Program-made: the position numbers and the translations under genes | The notes under the pieces: model-generated | Seen by the model: only the letters and a program-made list of their open reading frames with translations | Database searches by the model: none | What the model was told of the DNA's origin: nothing | NCBI RefSeq assembly: GCF_009914755.1 | Contig: NC_060928.1 | Strand: one strand, 5' to 3' | Origin: the human T2T-CHM13v2.0 reference genome, Homo sapiens | DNA: 64,000 nt | Shown: positions 52,772 to 64,000 of the stretch, piece after piece | How the letters are laid out: every line of letters begins with the position of its first letter | Position numbering within the stretch: the stretch's first letter is position 1

Positions 52772-53760
52772 ATTTGTGTGAAATTCTCAGTGAGAGTCCA
52801 CTTTCATCTTTCAGAAACTACTGTTAGGAAGTCTGATGATAATGTAAAATACTAAGCAAAAGCAAAATAGTGATGGACTATCCACAGGATCTTCTCCCTG
52901 TAAACAGTGGGACTTCTTTTCCTTTTTATCTGCTAGAGATGACAGAGCAGAGTTGGGGATGTAATATTACCACCATAATGTTCTTTTTACAAAAAAAGTT
53001 ACATTAATTTAATGTTCACATATAGGCTTCTTTTTCACCTTCTCTCACAATGCTATCTAATCAGCCTGGAAAATAAGTACAATGATTTACACAGTGGTAC
53101 AAAATTAAAAGTAATCTTTTATCTTGATGCTTTATTGCTAATAGTATTTGTATAGCATATAGCATATAGCATGAGAGGTACTTCCAGCATCGAATCTGAA
53201 ATTAATTGTTAGCTTCCTCTGTTATGTGAACAGAAGCAGCTAAGTCTTTGTCTCTTAGAAAGGTTCTTTAAAAATCATCATTCTTTGTCTTAGATCATGC
53301 ATTATCCCTACATCTACACAAGTTTGCTTTTCAAATGCCATATCTTAAAAAAACATATTTTGCCTCTGTTCGGATAAATTTACTTAAAACAAAATTGCAA
53401 ATTGTATTGTTAAAATTATTTGATGAAAAGGTAACTTTTCACAAACTAAACATGTAGGGCAGATACTGCCTTTTATTTTAGAATTTACATTCATTAATCA
53501 AAGATATCCTAGTGAAAGCATAAGTGATGTGCCTTATGTCTACTTGTTACTCCTGTCTTGGGGACTTGAGCTGTATTTTTACACACAGAACAAAAGGATT
53601 ATTTTCTCTTACATTGTTCTCAGCTTTCTAAAGTCATCAGCTACTTTGAGAATCTAATAAAAGTTCTAGACACCTATGAGAAATACACATATGTATGCTG
53701 TACAAATTTCCTTGCAGTTTCAGATGATCCATGGACTACAGGTTAAGAAGATGTTGGTCA

Positions 53761-54059
<299 letters not shown>

Positions 54060-55213
54060 ATGTTGGTCAAATTGGTGTTGAAAATTTTCTCTAAAACATT
54101 GAATGGAGACGTCCAGTTTCAGTCCCAACACTTAAAGAGCTTGGAAGTTGTCACTTCCATACTTAAAACAAGAAAAAATTGAACAAAGGAAAATCAATGG
54201 CTTTTCTTGGCCTTAGTAGAGAACTGGATTTGCAGGGCAAATTGCTACTTTGAAAACCAGAGAAAGCAGTAAGTCTAGAGAGTCACAGGTGAGATCTATT
54301 TACACAGAGCAGAAGCAGCTAGATCCATAAGCTGGGAGGAACACTGAAATGGCATTTCTAATGAATTGCTGGAGGCCAAGAGTAGACTAACTTGAGAGTG
54401 AGAAACTCCTGGGGGCTACAATCTGAGGAAACTCCCAAACTGTCCTAGGTTTACTTCTAGAAATTTTGTCAGCTTCTCATGATGATAATCCAAAAAAATT
54501 CCTGTTACAGTTTTGGCAGGGGAAGGGGAAGAGAAAACATTGTGAAATACTCCCAGACTGTTCTGTATAAAGCAGACCTAGTCTCCAGGAGAAAAAAACT
54601 TTACCTAAGTCTTATCCCACAGAGAAGGACTTTCCTCCTACTCTTACTCTTTCTAGCCTTCGGTCTCATGTCAGTTGGGAAAACAAGATATATCACTGGA
54701 AAAACACTTGTGAAGGTCACAGCCCAGAGATGCAGACAGATTGAGATTTAATCATAAGATTATAGAATGCTTCCCCCACAACACACCTGACCACCGCACC
54801 AACATAATATATGAATGAATAATAAGAATGAATTACAGCTGAAAGAGTTGGAAGACACACAGTCTGTCTAAGGAAGGGTTTTTAGAGGAGCCCAAAGCAA
54901 GAGGAGAGACAAAATCAAGGATAATAGCTGCAGCCTCTGGCACCAGAACAACAGCAAACATTAAACAAAGCCCAGCTTCTAGCCACATGAATGTAAATCT
55001 TCACATTAAAGGCCCATTTACCTCAGTTCTAATTACCCAATGCGTCAAATTGTAAAGCATGATAAATGGAAGAAAACCCCATAATCTGAAGAAACCATGT
55101 AAGCATTAGAACCAGACTCAGATAGAACACAAGTGTTGGAATTGTAAGGCAAGAAAATTTACATAACTATGGTAAAGAACATTCAAGAAAAGTTAAATAA
55201 TGTTTGAAGAGAA

Positions 55214-58200
55214 GGACTCCACTTACAACACTAGGCAGATCATTGAGGTAGAAAATAAACAAAGAAACTCTGGACTTAAACTGGACTCTAGACCAAATGG
55301 ACCTAATAGACATTTATAGAACATGCTACCAACAACTGTAAATATATATTTTTTTCATCTGTGCATAGAACATCCTCCAGAATTGACCATAAAGCAAGTG
55401 TCAACAAACTGGAAAAAATTGAAATTATATCAAGTGTCTTTTCAGACCACAGTGGAATACAATTAGAAATCAAAACCAAGAGAAACTCTTAGAATTATAC
55501 AAATACATGGAAACTAAACAACTTGCTCTGGAATGACTTTTAGGTAAACAATAAAATTAGGGCAGAAATAAAAAATTATCTAAGATGGATGAAAATGGAG
55601 ACACAACATACCCAAACCTCTGTGAAGGCAATGCAAGGAGGAAAATTTATAGCAGTAAATGCCTATATCAGAAAGATAAGAAAATATCAAATTAAAAACC
55701 TAACATCACACATAAAGGAGCTAGAAAAACAAGAACAAACCAAACACAAAGCTAGCAGAAGAAAAGAAATAACAAAATGAGAGAAAAACTAAATGAGATT
55801 GAGACCCCCAAAAATACTACAGACGATAAATGAAATAAAAAGTTAATTCCTTGAAAGAATAAACAAAATTGGTAGACTGCTAGGTAGATTAACCAAGAAA
55901 ACAAGAGGGAAGATTCAAATAAGCACAATCAGAAATGATAAAGGTGACCTTATAACTGATATCACAGAAGTACAAAAGATTATTAGAGACTGCTATGAAT
56001 ATCTTTATGCTCCTGAACTAGAAAACCTAGAGGAACTGGAAAAATTCCTGGAAACATACAACCTCCCCTGATTGAACCAGGAAGAAATAAAAATCCTCAA
56101 CAGACCAATAATGAGTAATAAAATCAAATCAGTAATAAAGTCTTCTAACAAAAATAACAACAACAAAAAAAGCCCAGGACCAGAGAGATTCATAGCTAAA
56201 TTTTACCAGATACACAAAGAAGAGCTGGTACCAATATTACTGAAACTATTTCAAAAAACCGAAGATGAGGGATTCCTCCTTAAAGCATTTTATGAAACTA
56301 GTATCACCCTGCTACCAAAATCAAACAAGAACACAACAAAAAAAGAAAACTACAGGCCAATATCCCTGGTGCATACAACTGGAAAAAGCCTCAATGCAAT
56401 ACCAACAAATCCCATCCAACAGCATATCAAGAAGATAACTGATCACTATCCAGTGGGTTTTAACCCGGGGATGCAAAAATGGTTCAACACACACAGATCT
56501 ATAAATATGATTCACCATGTTAACAGAACTGAAAACAGAAACCATATGATTATCTCAATAGATGTGGAAAAAAACTGATAAAATGCAACACCCCTTCATG
56601 ATAAAAAACCTCAACAAACTAGACATCGAAGGAACATACCTCTAAGTAATAAGAGCCACTTAGGACAAAGTTGAAAGCATTCCCCCTATGAGCTAAAACA
56701 GGACAAGAAGGTACACTCTCACCACTCTTGTTCAACATAGAAGTGACAATCCTAGGAGTGAAAATCCACAGTAATCAGGCAACAGAAAGAAATATATGGC
56801 ATCCAAATTGGAAAAGAGGAAGTCAAATTATCTTTGTTTGCTGATGGCATGATTGTATATCTATAAAACCCATAAAACCACTCCAAAAGACTCCTAGACT
56901 TGATAAACAACTTCAGTAAACCTTCAGGGTATAAAATCAGTGTACAAAATAAGTAGCATTTCTAAATACCAATAACAGTAAAGCTGAGAATCCAATCGGG
57001 AACTCAATCCCATTTACAATAGCCACAAAAGTGTATCTAGGAGCATATTTACCCAATGAGGTGAACGGTCTCTACAAGGAGAACTAAAAGAATCAATATA
57101 ATTAAAATGTCCCTATTTCCCAAAGCAATTTATGGATTCAGTGCAATTCCTATCAAAGTACTAACATCACTTTTCACAGAATTAGAAGAAACAATCTTGA
57201 AGTTCACACGGAATAAAAGAAGAGCCTGGAATAGCCAAAGTAATCCTAAGCAAAAAGAACAAATCTGGGGACATCACATTACCTGACTTCAAATTATTTT
57301 ACAAGGCTATAGTAACTAAAACATTATGGTACTTTGACAAAAGTAGACACATAGATCAATGGAACAGAATAGAAAACCCAGAAATAAAACCACATTCCTA
57401 CAACCAATTGATCTTCAACAAAGTCAACGAAAATAAGCAATGGGGAAAGGACTCCCCATTCAACAAATGGTGCTGTGAAAATTGGCTAGCCATATGTAGA
57501 AGAATGAAACTGGACACCTATCTCTCACCATATAGAAAAATTAATTCAAGATGGATTAAAGATTTAAACATCAGACCTGATAATATAAAAAATCTAGACA
57601 AAAACTTAGAAAAAAAAACACTTTTGGACATTGACCTAGGCAAATGATTTATGACTAAGACCTCAAAAGTTAATGCAACAAAAACAAAAACCGGCAAATA
57701 GAACTTAAACTAAAAAGCTTCTGCACACCAAAAATATAATCACCAGAGTAGACAGACAATGAACAGAATGGGAGAAAATATTTGCAAATTATGTTTTGAA
57801 CAAAGAACTAATACCCAGAATCTATAAGGAGCTCAAACAGTTCAGAAAGAAAAAATACAACCTCATTAAAAAGTGGGTAAAGGCAAAAAGTCATTTCTCA
57901 AAAGAAGACATACAAAAAGCCAAAAAACAAATGAAAAAATGTTCAACATCATTCATCATCAGAGAAATGAAAATTAAAACCACAATGAGATACCATCTCA
58001 CATCTGTCAGAATGGCTATTATTAAAAAGTCAAAAAACAATAGACATTGGCGTGGATACAGAGAAAATGGACTGTTTATACACTGTTGGTGGGAACCTAA
58101 ATTAGTTTAATTTCAATGGAAAAAGGTATGAAAATTTATCAAAGAACTAAAAATTGAGCTACCATTCGACTCAGGAATCCCAAAGGAAAAAAAAATCATA

Positions 58201-58685
58201 CATAAAAAAAACACCTGGACTCTTACGTTTATTACAGCACTATTCAAATTAGCAGTGTTATGGAACCAACCTGTGTCCATCAACAATTGATTGGATAAAG
58301 AAAATGTACTATATATACACCATGGAATACTATACAGCCATAAAAAGAATAAAATCATGTCTTTTGCAGCAGCATGGATGGAACTGGAGTCCACTATCCT
58401 AGAATATATAACTCAGAAACAGAAAATCAAATATCACATGTTCTCACCTATAAGTGGGAGCTAAACAATAGGTACACATAGACATAAAAATAGAAATAAA
58501 TGACAATAGGGACTCTAAAAAGGGGGAAGTCTCGAGGGGAGTGAAGTTTGAAAAATTATCTATTAGGTACAATGTTCATTATTTGGGTGATGGATATACT
58601 AGAAGCCCCAAATTCACCATTATGCAACATATGCATGTAACAAACATACATGCACCTCCTAAATCTAAACTAAAATAAAAAATTT
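55214..58685 (+). mobile_element. 5'-truncated L1PB-like element (ORF2 EN through 3' UTR), decayed
   Basis: ORF2p peptides ([13 protein letters not shown]...KSPGPERF...ENYRPISL; [11 protein letters not shown]). L1PB-type 3' end GGATATACTAGAAGCCCCAAATTCACCATTATGC. Confidence 0.88.
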
Positions 58686-61679
58686 AAAAAGAGAAAATAC
58701 TAGAAAATTTAAAAAGTAATTGTAACATAATTGAAGAATACCTTTGACAGGCTCATCAGCAGACCAGACACAGCTGAGGAAAGAATCACTAAAATCATCT
58801 GAAGAGAGATCAATAGAAACATTCCAACTGAAATACATAGGAAACAATAATGAAAAAAGTGGAAAAGAACTCAGATAAATTACCAAGCTTATAATACAGA
58901 TGTAATTGGAGTACTGGAAGGAGAAGAATGAAAGTAGCAGCAGAAATATTTGAAATACTTATAACCAAGAACATTCTAAAATTACGAGGTATAAAACCAC
59001 AGATCCAGGAAGCCAGAGAACAAAAAGCAGGATAATAAAACACACACACAAACAACAACAAAAAGCAATGACACCAGGTATATCATATTCAAACTGCAAA
59101 AAACAAAGAGAAAATCTTAAGAGAAGCCAGAGGGAGAAAAATCACCTTATTTATATAGAAACAAGAACAAGATTTCTAGTGGAGTTACTGTCAGAAACTA
59201 TGCAAGCAAGAAGAGAGTGGTGAGAAATATTTAAAGTATTGAAAGAAAAGAACTCACTAACTAGATTTCAATATACAGTGAAATTATCCTTTAAAACGGA
59301 AGGAGAACAAAAACCTTCTCAAATATACAAAAAACTGAGAAACTTTGCCAGAGGCCTTCCCTAAAAGAAATGTTAGAAAAAGTTCTTCGGGAAGAATGAA
59401 AATTATATAAGTGAGAAACTCAGATCCACATAAAGAAACAAATAGAATTAGAGAAGAAATAAATGAACACAAAATAATGTCACTTTTTAAACTCTTAATT
59501 GACTTAAAAGAAAATGTTTATATAAAGTAATGGCATTAACAATGGGTTTGTGATTGTGAATTATGGATAAATCAAATAAATGACAGTAACATAATAGAAG
59601 ACAGGAGGAAGGAAATAGAAATACTCCAAGGGAATGGCACTACAATTGAAGCAGTAGAGTGTTACCTGAAGGTTGACTTAGATTAAAGATATATTGGAAA
59701 ATGTAGGGCAACCACTAAAAACTCTTAATGAAAGAAGTATAATTGATATGACATAATTAAAATAGAATTTTATAAAATATTCAATTAAAACTACAGAAGG
59801 CAGAAATAGAGAGGGGAAGGAAAAAATAAAGAATAAGAAATAGTTGCAAATCTGGTAGATATTAAACCAAATGTTTTTATAGTCACTTTTAATGTTAACT
59901 GTCTTAATATACAAATTAAAAGTCAGAGAATATCAAAATGGGGTTAGAGAAAAGACCTAATTATATATTTTCTATAGGAAATCCAACTTCAGCATAATTC
60001 AGGTTATAAAAAGCAAAAAAGGTATACCTTACTAACGCTAATAAAAAAAGGATGAAGTAGCTGTATCAGTTTAACAAAAAGCAGAAGAGGGAAAATTATC
60101 AAAGGTTAAAGAGAAGAATTACATAATGATAGAACTGTTAATTTTCCAAGAAGACACAACAATCCTTAAAGCATATTCACCTAATAATAGGTGTCAAAAT
60201 ACATAAGGAAAAACTTATGGAACTGAAAGGAAAAGAAACAAATCCACTGCCCTAGTTGGAGATTTCAACACTCCTCTTTCAATAATTGATAGATTGAGAA
60301 TTAGAAAATTGATAAGGATACAGTTGACTTTAAGTGTTATGAGAATAGTATTCTCCTAATACCAAAATCAGATAAAGGTAGTACAAGAACAGAAAACTAA
60401 AGACAAATATCTATCAACATAGATGCAAAAATCCTCAACAAAATATTAGCAAATCAAGCTCAAGAATGCATGAAAATAATTTTACACCACAATTAAGTGG
60501 GATTCATTCCAGGTATGCGAGGCTGATTTAAAACTTGAAATCAATCATGTAATCCACCACATCTCTATCCTAAAAGAGACAAAGCATGTAATCATATCAA
60601 CTGATGTAGAAAGAGCATTTGAAAAAAATCCAACACCCATTCGTTTTAAAATCTCACAGCAAATTAGCAATAGAGGGAAACATCGTTAACTTAATAAAGA
60701 TCATCTACAAGAAATCAACAGCTACACATAGACATAGAAATAGGGACTAGATGTTTTCTCCTAAAACCTGGAATAAGGCAAGGATGTCCTTTCTCACTAC
60801 TTCTATTCAACATCATACTGGAAGTCTTAGCTACTGTACTACAACAGGAATTGTAATTTGTGCAGATTGAAAAGGAAGAAATGAAATGGTTTTTATTGAC
60901 AGATGGCAAAAAAATTATCTATGTAGAAAATTCGAACAAATCTACAAATAAAAAATTTCCTCAAACTAACAAGTAAGTATAGGAAGGTCACAGGATACAA
61001 GATTAATATACAGAAGTCAATTGTTTTTCTATATACCTGCAGCAAACAATTGGAATTTGAAATTAAAACAATACACTTTGCAATAGCATCCCCCAAGATG
61101 ACATACTTAGATATAAATCTAGATGCATATGTACAGTATCTATATGTGGGAAAGTACAAAACTCTGATGAAATCAATTTTAAAACATCTAAATAAATGGA
61201 AGTATTTTCCTTTTACCTGAATCAGTAGAGTCAAAATGTTAAGATGCCAGTTCTTCTGAAATTAATGAAGAGATTCAATGCAATCCCAACCACAATAACA
61301 GCTTAGCTCTTTTATAGATGTTAAAAAACAAATTCTAAATTTTATATGGAAAGTCAAAAGACCTAGAATAGTCAACACAATACTGAAGAAAATGAACAAA
61401 GTTGGAAGACACACTACCCAATTTCAAGACTTATTGTAAAGCAAGAGTAATCAAGATAGTGTAGTACTGATGAAAGAACAGAGAATTTATCAGTGGAACA
61501 GAATCAAATGATCTCTGACCAAGAAGAAATGGCAATTTAATGGAGAAAGGATAGAATTTTCAACTAATGGTGCTAGGAAAATTGTACATCCCAGAAAAAA
61601 TGAACCTAGACACAGACCTTACACATGACAATATATCATAGACTTAAATTTAAAATGGACCACTATAAAACTTTTAGAA

Positions 61680-63890
<2,211 letters not shown>

Positions 63891-64000
63891 AAAGACATAG
63901 CATGAATTTGACATGACTTGCATCTGGTGATGATTTTTAGTGATGACAGCAAAAGCACGATGAAAGAAAAATCGGTATGTTGGACTACATTAAAATTAAA

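Noticed and set aside
55589-58394. Reverse transcriptase/endonuclease-like ORFs as a functional retroelement
   Set aside because: Fragmented L1PB ORF2 with many stops, frameshifts and deletions.

Overview
This window is AT-rich, CpG-poor, repeat-dense primate genomic DNA. AluY and L1PA2-type elements point to human or a great ape. It looks intergenic or deep intronic. I recognise no protein-coding gene, rRNA, tRNA or prokaryotic system, and every ORF I can identify derives from Tigger1 transposase, L1 ORF1/ORF2, Alu or simple repeats. Contents: a near full-length Tigger1, nested L1M/Tigger4/Alu stacks, L2/MIR relics, several MaLR/ERV LTRs, about ten Alu copies, two 5'-inverted (twin-primed) L1s of very different ages, and a 10-kb same-strand L1 stack at the right end. 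Most notable: (1) an ancient ~220-bp locally templated copy of an Alu flank, TSD and left arm pasted into an LTR 2.4 kb away, preserving the ancestral TSD; (2) a compact CpG-retaining RFX X-box/YY1/PBX/OTX motif cluster at ~52.7 kb; (3) several well-formed candidate exons (the two best are closed in all frames) that could form a + strand lncRNA, plus candidate enhancer motif clusters at 34.8-37.8 kb. Repeat subfamily calls come from recalled consensus sequences, and boundaries without TSDs are approximate.
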